Assembly (NCBI RefSeq): GCF_000143415.4
Contig: NW_003314322.1
Location: 207,691-271,690, forward strand
DNA length: 64,000 bases
Direction: 5' to 3'
From: Selaginella moellendorffii
Lineage: Eukaryota; Plantae; Lycopodiophyta
In this document: positions 12,905 through 25,409 of the stretch, piece after piece
Position numbering within the stretch: the stretch's first letter is position 1
Layout: each line of letters opens with the position of its first letter
Made by a program: the position numbers and the translations under genes
The notes under the pieces: generated by a model
Seen by the model: the letters and a program-made list of their open reading frames with translations, nothing else
The model's database searches: none
Told to the model about the DNA's origin: nothing

Positions 12905-13890
12905 AATCCACAGCAGTGTGGCAGTCACTGCCTTCCTGACATTCTCGAGTTTTCTCAAAAAGTGGTACCATGAGACGGTGCTCAAGCCGGGACAGCCTCC
13001 ACTTCCACCGGGATCTTTGGCAACGTGGCTGCTTTTCTCAGAGGCTTCAAGTCTGGAAGACCGACTACATTGCAAAGTTGAGTGATCTTGTACTTTCTTT
13101 CGCTTGTTTAACTGTCGCTTTTTCTTGGTTTCAGGTATAATCGAGTTGGTTTTACAAGGCGTTTCTGTTCTGGCAGATGCAAATTTGTAAAGACAGCTTT
13201 GAGACAGGATGGCCGGAGAGCACTGTTGTGCTCATTGGACGAAATTTGTTTGCAGGGTTAACTGGAAAGAGCCACTTGAAGCTCCAAGCCCGCTGTGAAC
13301 AATCCCAAAGCTCTCAAGCAGTATGTGCCCCTCATCGTCAACAACATAAAAGCGTCCCTTGTGAGGTGGTCTACGCAGGATAAGATCGTTCTTCTTACCA
13401 GTAAGCAATTGTCTTAGTTTTCTTGTTGACACTGGTTTTTTCTGATATGACAGTTCACGTTTCTAACTGTCCTCTACATTTTATATGGGAAAGACTCCAG
13501 TCTCGACATGGAAGAGACTTTCTCCTTCTACTACATTGTCAACCAAGGCATTCAGGCTCTCCCCATCAACTTCCTCGGCACTGCCTACAACAAAGCCATA
13601 TGCGTTGTACATAGCTTTGTGACGTTTTCTCATTTTCAGGCCGAGGCAAAAGCTTATCAAGCTTATCCAGGACGTGATCAACCAATGCTTCTGGAAAGCC
13701 GCAGGAAACAAGCATTCTTTCATTGCTCATGGATCAGCCGGATGACAAAAAAGAGGTGCTGGAAGACGCTCATATCATAGACATGCTCAACATGTACATG
13801 AATGCTGGTCACGACTCAACGGCTCATGTCATCATGTGGCTGATGATTTCCTAAAGAAAAATCCATGATGTGCTTGAGAAAGTGAAGATA
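12905..13890 (+). pseudogene. KAO: Captured CYP88A-like (ent-kaurenoic acid oxidase) P450, N-terminus to I-helix
   Basis: KWYHETVLKPGQPPLPPGSL; DSFETGWPESTVVLIGRNLF; NQGIQALPINFLGTAYNKA; IIDMLNMYMNAGHDSTAH; no heme-binding region; frameshifted. Confidence 0.8.
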
Positions 13891-16255
13891 GACATTTCCA
13901 ATTTCATACAAACTTTCCTTCATACAAAATTTCTTCTTTAGGCCACATCCAGACTATTCTGTAAGAGTTTCAAAACTTCTGTAATTAAAAAAGAAAAAAG
14001 TATTCTACTGAATTGTACCTCATACAAGATGATACACTATGTATTCTCATGCCTCCACTGTTCTAATTCATCTCTGTCGCTTCTGTATTTCGAAGGAAAC
14101 ACTATTTATAAAAACTCTACATTTATGGTTACCCTTTTTTCCAATGGACCTAATGACGACATGTTCAAGATAGAGACAAACTGGTAGGTATTCTTAAAGA
14201 ACCATAGAACTGAACACCATCTCTTTAAGGGCAATCTATGAGGCGCTTGTGAGGCTCTGAAGTGTTAACCTCCTCTGGATATCTTTCAATAACGAGAAAA
14301 AACCTTTAACCTATGAAAGGTACTTTTTCACTGCTTCTTTCATGTTTTATGGAGTCAAGTTACAGCTTCTGGAATTCTATGAGCAGCATCTGAGGAATGT
14401 CTAGGGAATGAGAAATAGTAAGGTGTAGTATGATATTTTCTTGTTCTAATAAATAGTTAAATAGGAGTACATTGTACTGCCTGTTGTAGCCTTTGTGGCT
14501 TTGCTTGACTACAAAATAATGCTTACAAAGTCAGAATGACACAAGTAGAGATTTCATAAAAAAAAGTCAGTCTCTTGCCACTTCACTCTCAAACAATGAA
14601 AGCAAATAATGAATCACCCAAGACAAAATGTGGAAGAAGAATAGAATTGGATTCAGCACCTTTGCGAATACCCAGACAGACACATATCCTTGCAAGAGGA
14701 AGAGATCTAACATCAGTTGCATTGCCTGACACTAGATTCAGGAGCTTCCTTAGAATGGCTTGTGGTGGCAGGGAGCATAGAAACATGAATTCAGGCCACA
14801 AAGGTCACCATTTCAATCTTATTATCAAAGGGTCCTTAACAAATGTGTTACAATCCACTGCTACAAAAACTAACATCGTAAATTCGTGCAAATAATGGTA
14901 TCCTAAGATCACAATCTCCTATTTCAATAGTCCAAGCTAACACATTATTGCAAATGAGAAAAGATGAGACCTTGTAGTAAGTAGAAAAATAAAAAGCTGA
15001 TAGTTGGCCTAAAGAAGGATTTTAGAGAAAAAAACATATAATGGATTTGGCATTTGAAGCAAGAAAGAATAAGGAAGGTTGCTAATCTTATGAAAAACAT
15101 AGTAGTATTTATATTGGAAAGTAATTTGTTTTCTGCTATTTAGAGAAATCTTTGGTGATGTAGATATTCCAAACATGCAATTCTTATGAATATCTCAAAA
15201 ATATCATTATTTTTTTAGAAAACACTACTCTTGAAGACTTAAGAAACTACAAGAAAAAGCTTTGTTAGCTTCTTCTTGGATATGAAAGAAAAACTTGAGC
15301 TACCTTCTGCAGTTCCATAAGCTAAGGAGTCCTTGCTGGTACATCCAAGCACATGAAGTTCCTTGGGTGTTAAGTCTTATCAAGTGGTGGGCTATTCAAT
15401 GAGCATGGTAAAAATTAAAAATAGGTTGAGAAAAAGGAGAAACAACATGTCTTACAAATAGCAGATAGATTTTAAAAAAAAAGTTAGAATTTATGCTAGG
15501 GTCCTCCCATGATTAATTTAAATGATGATATTAAAAAATATCACAATAATCCAGATAAATTCAAATAATACAGCTTTTTAATTATTGATAATGTAGATAC
15601 TGAATAGTTCTATTACTAATGCAGTAATATTAATGGCATGCATTGGAAATTGGGATTAGAGCAGTAATAAAAATGGAATTTTGTCACACATAATGACATC
15701 TTAACACTTCTATGACAATATAGATTTACTTCTTCTGGTAAGCAAAGAAAATCCATTATATCATTCACCATTATAGTGTTCAGAAAATGGTAATAATATC
15801 AATAATAAGCACTATTTTATTATAACATGATAATAATAAAACAAAATGATCACATTATATATATAGCTTATCTTTTCTAAAACTTGCATTTTTTATCTAT
15901 TTGCATTATTGTGCATTTATTTAGAGGTGAAGAGTAGCAAAATTAAGATAAATTTAACTTTGTATACAATCAAAATTTCTAACATTGTAAAATTAGAAAA
16001 GAAGATGTATTTATCTTAGGTATACTATATCTCCCAGCAGAGCTGGGGTCTCTGCTAGTACTCATATATTTAAACGAAAGAGCCCGTATAATAATAGCAT
16101 ATACTGGGGACACTTATTCTGGGCATATGCCAAAATCTAACAGTTGAGATTAAACAATGTAAAGTCGTGACTTTTGGGATCATAAAAAATTTCAAATGTC
16201 TTTTAGGGCGCGTGACCACGAGGAGAGAGCATCGATCATCGCTAGCGGGAAGGTA

Positions 16256-16258
<3 letters not shown>

Positions 16259-16329
<71 letters not shown>

Positions 16330-16360
16330 CTCTGTGTGTGCCTCTGTGAGTGTGTGTGCG
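16259..16360 (+). repeat. (TC)n-(TG)n microsatellite about 200 bp inside a Helitron 5' end
   Basis: Seen directly; equivalent tracts at about 21780-21830, 31377-31426 and 44220-44268. Confidence 0.95.
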
Positions 16361-16544
16361 TGTTTGATGGCACGATTTAGAAGGCTACAGTCAGCTCCGG
16401 TTGGTTCATTCTCGAGTTCTAAAGCTCATGCGGCGGAAAATGACAATCATTTAACCGACGCTGAAGCATTCTTCAACAGGAGAATTATCCAGTTCGTGAA
16501 GAAACGAGTCGCACTTATGGAAAAAGTACTCAACGCAGAATATC

Positions 16545-18250
16545 ATCTGGTAAAAGAGTCTCGACCCCCCTATCATCGTCCCTGTGATTCTAACTTGAGA
16601 TGTTCCAGGATGACCAAGATATTCCGGCCAATCGCAGTAACAGTGGCATCAAGCCTGGCGAGGGACCAAAAACCTCCTACCAAAAGCCGCAACCCACATT
16701 TGTTCTTTATCCAACACCTTTGAGTGAGTTCCTTCGATTTAGACACTAGAAAAAACTCTAACGCGTTCGTTTTTGGACAGCTCCGGAAGAAGTCCTGGGA
16801 ACAGCACTGGATAACGATCCTAAGCGGCTGAAAGCTCCAGCCTATTACAATGAGGTTGTGTTTGTTTCTCCATTTGCAAAGGTTTGAGAGGCTCACGGCT
16901 TTCTCTGTGTCGCCATAGTTGTGCTCGATGATCAGCGAGAACAGGCTCGACGCCTTCCAGACTTATGCGGGAACAAATCCACCAGCATCTGCCTGCGCAG
17001 GTGCATTCGGCAGATCGACGTGCTCTGCTCGGAAATGCGACGAGGATTGAGTGAAAGGCGAAGAGGCTATGGTGGATGGAGCTCACGACAGGGACGACGT
17101 CTTGGACAACGAGGGGATTCACGTTGTCATCGACGACTAGAATCAAGGTTCTTCACTCTCTTGCTCGTCACTATTCTTCTTTCGGGTCTCTCAAGTCCCT
17201 GTTTGTTCCAGGTTCTCAAGGCCGGAACCACGACTAGAATCAAGGTTTTTCACTCTCTTGCTCTTCGCTATTCTCTTTTGAGGCTTAAAGTTCCTGTTTG
17301 TTCCAGGTGCTCGAGGCTGGAACCAAGAGAAAAAATAGAAATTTTCGTCCACGGTTCGCTTCCTTGTTCTTCAGTTTTGCGTTTTTAAAGAATTGAGAGG
17401 GATTTCTATTTTGCAGCGCTATAAACCCCGTAGTCTCTACATGGATAGTCATACAGGACAGCCATACATGGTGCTCTTCAGTTTATGACAAGTTCTCTTG
17501 AGGAAGTGTTGGCAGTCAAGTGCAAAAAAACTGGCTTGGAGGACATGATGGAATACTCTCTTATAACAGTTATGGCTGTTCATATCTGAGGGTTTCATGT
17601 CTAACTCTCTCTCGTGTCACTTTGCAGCATTAGGAACGAAACAAGGAGAGCGAGCTTCTTGATTCTTCACTGTTGATAAGTTTCTTTCTCGCATTTTTTG
17701 CAGTTGTCACTGTTTCTGAGTCTCCAGAATGAATGCTTTGGAAATGGGTATGTATGTGATTTACAGTGTTTGCAACGTAAGTTGAATGTGTTTGCAAAAG
17801 AACAGGTCATGAGTACTGGGAAGATGAAGGCATTGAAGAGAAAAAGCCAGCATGCAGGCAAATGATGAACAAACATATTTCACCCATATGATCCTGTCGC
17901 TTACAGGTATCAATATACTGCTGTGTTAGCAGTGTTTACATTTATCCTTTCGTCTTGATTACAGAGTGGAACCTCTGATATCTATTCTTTTTGGAGAAAG
18001 TCAATGAATATCTTGGGATACAGGTAAACATAGTGCTTTGTAAGTTTTGCTATCAAAGCTAGAGGAAGTTCTTCGGTTGGGGTATGGTTTTGTCACAGCT
18101 TTTTACGGCAGTATGGTGACAGAAAGGCTATCTAGAAGTCCCAATGGTAGAGTCGACTTAATGCTACAGGTAAGTCTTGCTCTTTGCTATCATCATACTC
18201 GTGTGGATCCAGGATACAAAATTTAAGCACCACTACATATCGCTATCTGA
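16545..18250 (+). pseudogene. SGR2: Captured SGR2-like DDHD phospholipase A1 fragment
   Basis: EYWEDEGIEEKKPACRQMM..IFHPYDPVAYR|VEPL and PNGRVDLMLQ|DTKF match the DDHD domain; assignment of 16545-17700 is weaker. Confidence 0.7.
17134..17325 (+). repeat. Tandem duplication of an exon-intron-exon unit (97 bp period)
   Basis: cgactagaatcaag|gt...ccag|gt..ggaacca starts at 17134 and 17231. Confidence 0.9.
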
Positions 18251-18934
18251 TCAATGACAGCAGTGGCTGGAGAGAGAGAGGAGATTTGGAGTCGGAATCA
18301 CAGCAGTAGCAGCAGCAGCATCACCAGTGAGAAGATCTCAAGGCCATGAGAATCCTCCACCAGTTTGGGATCAGTCACATGTACATAGCAGCCAGGTGAG
18401 AAGGGCAGTGTGAGGACGAAGATCTCACAAGGGACAGGGATGAAGATCTTATAGGGTCCGTCATCACCCACGAGCAGCAGAGATTGATGAGGTCCTGGTT
18501 TGCTCTATCACTTTGGAGCCATCTCTGAATGGCAAGGTGAGCTTCAAAGTGGTGGCAGTGATCCAGAGCAGCAGCTCTAGAAGTGGTAATGATGACCATG
18601 CGTTTCTCTACAGGGACACGGTGCTGTACAAATCCAATTACTATTAGCATCACATGTCTGAGGACAAATTAAGTGAAGTGGTGCCAGATTCAATTGTATT
18701 TGTGTTGTAATACTACATTATATATAAGGTGTCTCCTACCCTTGACTGGCTACAAAAAATAGCAAATGTCTTTCCCTCTTTGCTCTAAGTGAGCACTTTG
18801 ACCAACACACATAACAGTAACATATGTGTCGAGAAGGCCAAGTACAAGCCCACTGCTCAGTTCAAGCTCAAAGTCACCTTGCTTCTCTACATTTATATCA
18901 ACAGCTCCTCTACATAATCAGGCTGTGTACTCCA

Positions 18935-19190
18935 CATGAACCATGGAGCCTATAGTTGGCCTGTCGCAAGATGTCTCTTCTCCTCTGGTATTCCTGTTGA
19001 AGTACTAAGCAACAAGTAAGCAATACAAAGCTTACACCATATCACTCACGGTCACTTTCGCAAAAGCTTACTTAAATTCCACGCTTGCGCAGACTCAGAA
19101 TCATGTAAATATGAGCGCACACTCGCAGTTATGCTCGCTGTCCCAATACAGAATTTTCCTCCTCTTTAGTGCTACTGATATCAGCACATG
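18935..19190 (-). pseudogene. Second copy of the MRL1-associated segment (paralog of about 6897-7137)
   Basis: Nucleotide similarity, e.g. aaccatggagcctatag...gctactgatatcag in both. Confidence 0.75.
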
Positions 19191-21777
19191 GAACTGCACA
19201 CTCACTAAAGAAAATCCATTCACTGCAAAGAGGAACCCACCAAAAAAAATCCCTCCCGTGCTGTTTAGAACTCTCATAGCAGGCCGGAAGATAGGGCTTC
19301 ACGCATTCTTCCAGGGCTTGAGAATGGAGTTGGGACGGTAGCATTCTCTGTGGTACTGCCATTGCTAGGGATTTCAATATAACATATTCTTGGGGCCTAG
19401 ATCGAGAAGCTTTATGGAACCACTCCACTGGAATCATCTCCACATGGTGGGGTAGCCTCGAGCAGATTGTTATGATGATCCCTATTTGTCTCTGTCTTTC
19501 CTGCACATGATGTGGTGGAGAACACAAGGACAACAACAACATTGGCTTCGCATAATGAGCCTCTGGGAAAGTCCTGCAAACAGTTCCATACGGTTCTCAA
19601 CTATTTGCGGCGTATGGATCACAGATGTGGTGACTCTTGTACTCAGTGTGCTGCCTAACTCTTCACTTATTTCCGCTGGGGATGATCAGAAAGTAATAAC
19701 TTGAACAATGTTTTCTCTGCTTTCTAAATTTCCAGGCACTTCCACTCTTGTATGATCCTGATGATAATGAGAATGTGGATAATGTGGACTTATCACACGA
19801 GCACGTACTGTGGCAGACTTTCTCAAGAGAACTAAACTAATACAAGATGCAGATAGGTTCATCAAGAGAATGTCATTCACTTCTTAGTGACTGCTTAGTG
19901 CCTGTAAAGTTCACGAGGACTTGGAGAGATGATAAAAAGGTGGCGATGGATATGCTTAAGTGTGTGAAGCATGAGTTAGAAGTTAGGTTGATTCAAAAAA
20001 TACCTCTCCAAATGTTTGAAGAGATGGAAAATGATAAATCCACAATGGTGAGATGTGATGGTAAGAATTAAGGACTAATGCTTAACATAAACATGAAGTT
20101 TACCTATGTATGTATTAAGTTTCTAAGCATAAAAAGTGGCAAGAGGAAGATGGATAAAGACAATAAATTCTACACAACCAACCATGCAAACAAACCGTCA
20201 AGTAGGCAACAATCAAAAGTAAAAGCAAAATAAGTGTTAGATAAAATGCAAAACATCATGGATGAGTTGACAAGAACTTGTCAAGTGAAATGCTGATGAA
20301 GCACAAGCAAATGTTCTCAAAAAATCACAAATAATATCACTGATTTTATTATTTCAAAACTTATTTACCATACTTATTTCTGTTGCTTGAGCAGTATCTA
20401 AAATATATAACTGTGAATAAACCAATATTATGATAAACTTGTCCATGTATTTTAAAATAATAAGGGTCACCTACTGCAACCTCTTCAATGTTTGCACCTA
20501 TTGATGCAAATGCTAATGCACTATTATAATTTCGTATTAATACACATATAACTTTTTTGACTGCAGGTATTATATTAGAAAATAAATTTAAGTACTTATA
20601 AAAATGTATAAATGCAAAGTATGAAAGTGTGGATGTACTCTGAACACTTCAACATCATAAATTATACAATCTGCTATCTGCTATTCTTTTCGTGTGTAAC
20701 CTTTTTTACTTGAACTCTGAAACAAACAGTGAATCTAACTGAAAGAAACACAAGGTTGTTTCTTGTATTTTTTCTCTCAATGCATTATCATGTTCTTCTC
20801 CTTCGCATTTTTTTTCAATGGAAAGCAGACGTTGTGATGACAAATATCTTTGGAAAATTGTTTCCAATGTGGAAGCTCTACATGCGGGACTGGCCATTTG
20901 AACTCTACATTGATATGTGGGCTAAGATATATCTTTATCTAGCCAAGCATTAGGGTAATTCAGGCTAGGGTAGTGAGCTGATTAGCTTTTTTGAAGCTTG
21001 ATAGTGATGAGGATCTGACAGAGATTCAAGATGTAATGCTGCCACAATTTGCCACAGAGAAAAAAAGTGATGTATGCTCATATCCAAGTTATTAGGGTGA
21101 CACCATCCAGCCAGCACTATTGCGAGCTAGCATTAGACAATAAGAGTGAGTCACACCTATTTCTTGTTGATCATGTAGATGGAATAGGAAATCTATTTGT
21201 ATTCCACACTTTATGACAATGCATGCATGGGCTTCTGGTTACACAAATTATACTATAAATTATAAGTTAATATATTAATAACTTATTCTATAATATTTTA
21301 ATATCATAAAAATCATGATACTAAAAAAACAAAAATTAATATATACATTATAATATAGCATGTTATAATATAATAACAATTTATATATTAAGCATAAATT
21401 ATGTAAAAAGGACTTTCAATATAAATATTATATTATGTTTAATTATGTATGCTATAATAATGATTATGTTAAAAATTACAATTACAATTACAACTCTTTG
21501 AAATTACTAAAACATCAGGAATAAACACAATGCTCCCAGCGTAGCTGGGACTTTTGCTAGTACTCCCTTATTTAAACGTGCTATTGGCATATGGCATCCG
21601 GCGTCTTTTATTCCATTTTTAGAATATTATTTCTGAATATACTTATAATCTAACGGTTCAAATTCAAAAACTTCAAATAGATGGCATAGATCAAGTGCGA
21701 AAGGGGTGGCAACTCTTCAATTTTTTAATGACGATCCAAATCAACAGAAAAAATTTAGGGCGATTGGGCAGATTGTG

Positions 21778-21832
<55 letters not shown>

Positions 21833-22879
21833 CTGAAATTTTCTGTTTGCTGCGTTTGATCGGACTGGCTGGGGACTGACGAGCCGGCTGTGCAAAAAAA
21901 AGTGGCCGTGACAAAGATGGTCTTCCCAATCCTTACGAGCACCAGTCCCAAGTGAGTGTTCTATTCATTGTCGTTTAGAAAGGAAAAAAAAAGAATTTTT
22001 TTCCTGTTGTTCTTGCTTGTTTGATTTCTCTGATTAGAGCTCGCAGGTGGATTTGCTGCTGAGCTCTTGCCAGCAACTAAAATTCTCATAGGGCGATCAG
22101 GCAGATTGGGGCAAACATGGGGCGAGAGGAGCATCTCTGCAAAAAAGATCATAGATGCTGCCATCCTCGAGGACCAGGCCTTCATCCAGAACGAGGCCAA
22201 GGAGAAAATGGGAGGAGTAAACAGGTGGCGTCCCTGTGTCACAGACATCGAGTCCCACGAGTGACTCTGGTTTCAGCTGGATGTGTTTGTGTCGAATGAA
22301 GTGCAGGTGACGAAGCGCCCACTGCCCAATCTCATGATGAAGTACGCCTACACTACGACTTGGCTGCGGGACTCTCCTGCCATGCTATAAGTTGGTACAT
22401 GGAAGGTAAACTTTACTGGATTCCACTTCAGCCTCCATTGTTTGTTCTTGTAGATGGGAAAGATCTCCAAGAATTGGCTGCAATGTCTTCAAATTCCAGT
22501 GCCCTGGATTGAGCTGGCCATTGCGTACTATTCTGCTGTCAAAAGGATCATCCTATAGAGGCGAGAACTGACTGGTTCGCAAATTTTGTGATTTACAACT
22601 ATTTTACATTTTTGGCGCCAATTGAAATACCCAGTGTTTTTAATGAGAGCTGATGCATCCCCAAACGGAGATTGTAAGGTGTTCTTGCGTTCCTGGATGG
22701 AACTCTTCCGTGGTAGCATCCAGTTGGGACTTGGTAATACTTTCCTCTCCATCTTAGAACTTGATCCAGTATTTCTAAAAAGATGCTAAACTTACCATGA
22801 CGGTTGAAACTCTGGCAGCTATGGCAAGAGTGTCGGCGCAGGAGACAACACCAGGACAAAAATGAAGCTCTTGGCAGAC

Positions 22880-23241
22880 ATGAGGCTTGGAAGGGACAAT
22901 TTTTACACTTTACTTCCATCGGTGGGAGTTGAGTCAAGAAGAACTGATCCATCACAGTCCTGAAGAACAGCAAAGTTAGAAGACCAGAATTTAAATCTTG
23001 GAAAGCTACTCCTGTCGATGAAACAGTCGTGGAAGTGCAAGCGAAGAACTCCTGCTGGTATCGTCCTGTCCCAATCGGTGTGCTTGCTCAGAGTGTCCCT
23101 GATGATTCTCTCGGCTTGAGGACAGGATCTCGAGTAACTGTGGTAGCCATTCTTGTATCCTCCACTCTCATCATGAGCCAAAACACCCAAGCTCAGAGAC
23201 AGCAGAAGCAAAACCAAAATGTTCCCTCTCCAACTTCCCAT
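22880..23241 (-). pseudogene. Class III secretory peroxidase, exon 1 and part of exon 2
   Basis: Signal peptide, YSRSCPQAERII, AGVLRLHFHDCFID, intron, DCDGSVLLDS; truncated afterwards. Confidence 0.9.
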
Positions 23242-24055
23242 CCTCAGGTATTGCAGCTTGGCATGTCTTCTTCCTCCTTGAATTTTCTTGGCAGTGATCG
23301 ATGATCTGAAGATGAGCGTAGTTCCGTGATGAAGTGGGCCACTGATACAAGGCTCTTATAGTCCAAGTTAAGTCGTCATAAACCGTGTCTGCTGCCTCTG
23401 ATGAGTGTTTCCATGCTTAAGAAATCCTTTGACATCGTCCAAATCCAGGGAAGCTAGCGCTCATAGTTTGACAAAGTTCAACCTCTGCACAAGAAATAGG
23501 AAAATTCAGCCAACTAAAGAAAGGTTCTGAAAGGACATATGTCTGTAGGCCGCATTTTCTATTCCATTCCAAGCTTTCACTTTGTTCTGTTTCTTAAGAT
23601 TTTTGCTTTTTCTTCTTCTTCACGATGTTCTTGCCCTTCTTTTTCTTCTTGTTTTTCTTCTTTTGGTATATGACGCTCAATGGTCAATGCTAAGAGTATA
23701 ATGGTCAACAAGATATGGGTCCGACGAGCTTGCCAAGATTCAAATCTTCATTGTCGTCCATTACTTCGTTGCTGGCTATAGGTGAATATTTATTATTTGT
23801 CCTATTATTACTTTATCTGGTGTTTGTAGGAGGACTGCCTTGGATCCCAACAGCACAGTTTCTTGCCACAACAGAGGCCATGAGTTTTCAAATCTGTAAG
23901 AGTTTCAAAAATTCTGTAATATTAAAAGAAAAAAAATACTATACTGAACTGTACCTTGATCTTAGTGAATCAAAATAGCTTTTTTTCTTGCTATGGAATG
24001 GGCACTTATTTTTGTTCTCTACCTACCCGCTTTATTCCTATTGTGCAGTACTACT

Positions 24056-24080
24056 ATAGCAGAAACCCCAACTCTGCTGG
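24056..24080 (-). mobile_element. Internal inverted Helitron 3' end (CTAT variant)
   Basis: Reverse complement ccagcagagttggggtttctgCTAT, followed by the same sequence that follows 7553. Confidence 0.7.
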
Positions 24081-24180
24081 AATATAAATTGATACCAGAG
24101 CATTGATGAGCATCCTGCAGCTCAGCCAGAACTTTTTTTTTGTCAAGGATATTTCACCTTATGATATGTTTAACTTTGCA

Positions 24181-24345
24181 GGTTGAGCTTGATTCCGAAG
24201 GAGCACATATGTACAATGCTGCTGTTGCTCTTCGCGACACTATGATCAAGCTTGAGGTCGCAATAGAAGGTGGAAAGGACAGCTTGTCAATGGCTGCTCA
24301 AGCAGGTGGTGAAACTGTCAAGGCACCTGAGAATCTCGTCATTAG
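24181..24345 (+). pseudogene. Captured FGAM synthase (PurL/PUR4) fragment
   Basis: LDSEGAHMYNAAVALRDTMIKLEVAIEGGKDSLSMAAQAGGETVKAPENLVIS contains the GGKDSLSM motif. Confidence 0.85.
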
Positions 24346-25299
24346 TACACCAAACAGCTCTCTTTTCTTCTAGTGAGCTTACATTCTTCCTTTTTTCTTC
24401 CAAAAGGTACTCCGACACTAGAGCATACAGTCAATCCAAGCTTGCGAACATCTTCCACGCCAAAGAACTGGCAATGAGATTCAAGGTATTTGTCAATGCT
24501 TTCTTTTTCGCTGAATAGGCTGAAGGAGTTGACATCACACCCAACGCTGTTCATCCAGGGTTCATAATGACACTTTTGATGTGGTACACACTCTACATAA
24601 TGAGTTTGTCTCTTTGCCTCGTTTGTTTGCCTCAATGAAAGGAGGTAAGGTCTTACTTTGATATGATGTTGATGATACATAATCTTTTTTTCCTAAGAAA
24701 ATAATATATCAGAAAATTTAAATATTGTCCATAGATTGATTTAATAATAATAAAGGCTTAGGTGATGATGAATCATATTTTTTAAGATGGTAGCCTTTTG
24801 TATTGTGTTTAATCTTGTCTCAATCATATTTTTACCTTTACACCATTGTATTTATTTTTATATTTTCATGTATCAATGCACAAAAGATTACTCTTAAAAA
24901 CAGTATTATAACTTTATGATATCACACAAATCTTAAACTATATCTACTTTGATGCCATACACACTCTACATAATGAGTTTGTTTTTGGTTACTTATGGAA
25001 CTTTGATCTTCATGCAGGGGTTCTCAAGTTCTTCTCCAGCTTCCTTTGGAAAAATGTGCCACAGGTAAGAAGAATTCTCCCAATAATCTGGAAGTTTTTC
25101 GTGACTAATATGTGATCGATCTCTCAGCACTGCTATGACGTGCTACGCGGCTTTACATCCAAGCCTCAAGGACGTCACTGGGCAATACTTCGTGGATTCC
25201 AACAAATCCAACTGTAGTGCTTATGGCAGAGATCCTGGACTCGCTCACAAGCTATGGACCTTCTCCCAGGAGTTTATAGACAAGCATTCTCCAACCTAA
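24346..25299 (+). pseudogene. Captured 3' half of TIC32/retinol-dehydrogenase-like SDR
   Basis: AYSQSKLAN (YxxxK), NAVHPG, WKNVPQ, CYAALHPSLKDVTGQYF, KLWTFS, stop at 25297-25299. Confidence 0.85.
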
Positions 25300-25409
25300 A
25301 GGTAAAAGGTTGATGGTGCTAGAGAGCGAGCGAGCAAACCAGGACAACTCGGCAATGATTTGTGGATAGACTGTATTTACTCTTCTCAAAAGCTCGAGCT
25401 CGAGCTTGA

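Larger units (their letters stand above)
7934..16058 (+). mobile_element. Complete non-autonomous gene-capturing Helitron (about 8.1 kb)
   Basis: 5' A|TCATCAAACTCTTTATTTAAA at 7934; 3' hairpin CCCAGC-AGA-GCTGGG (16033-16047) and CTAG|T (16055-16058); no TSD; no N-gap inside. Confidence 0.75.
16059..21560 (+). mobile_element. Non-autonomous Helitron (about 5.5 kb), type-C 3' end
   Basis: Begins TACTCATATATTTAAAC directly after CTAG; ends TCCCAGC-GTA-GCTGGGA (21534-21550) and CTAG (21557-21560). Confidence 0.7.

Noticed and set aside
16196-16723. 175-aa ORF as a real gene
   Set aside because: It runs through a (TC)n microsatellite and Helitron 5' sequence.
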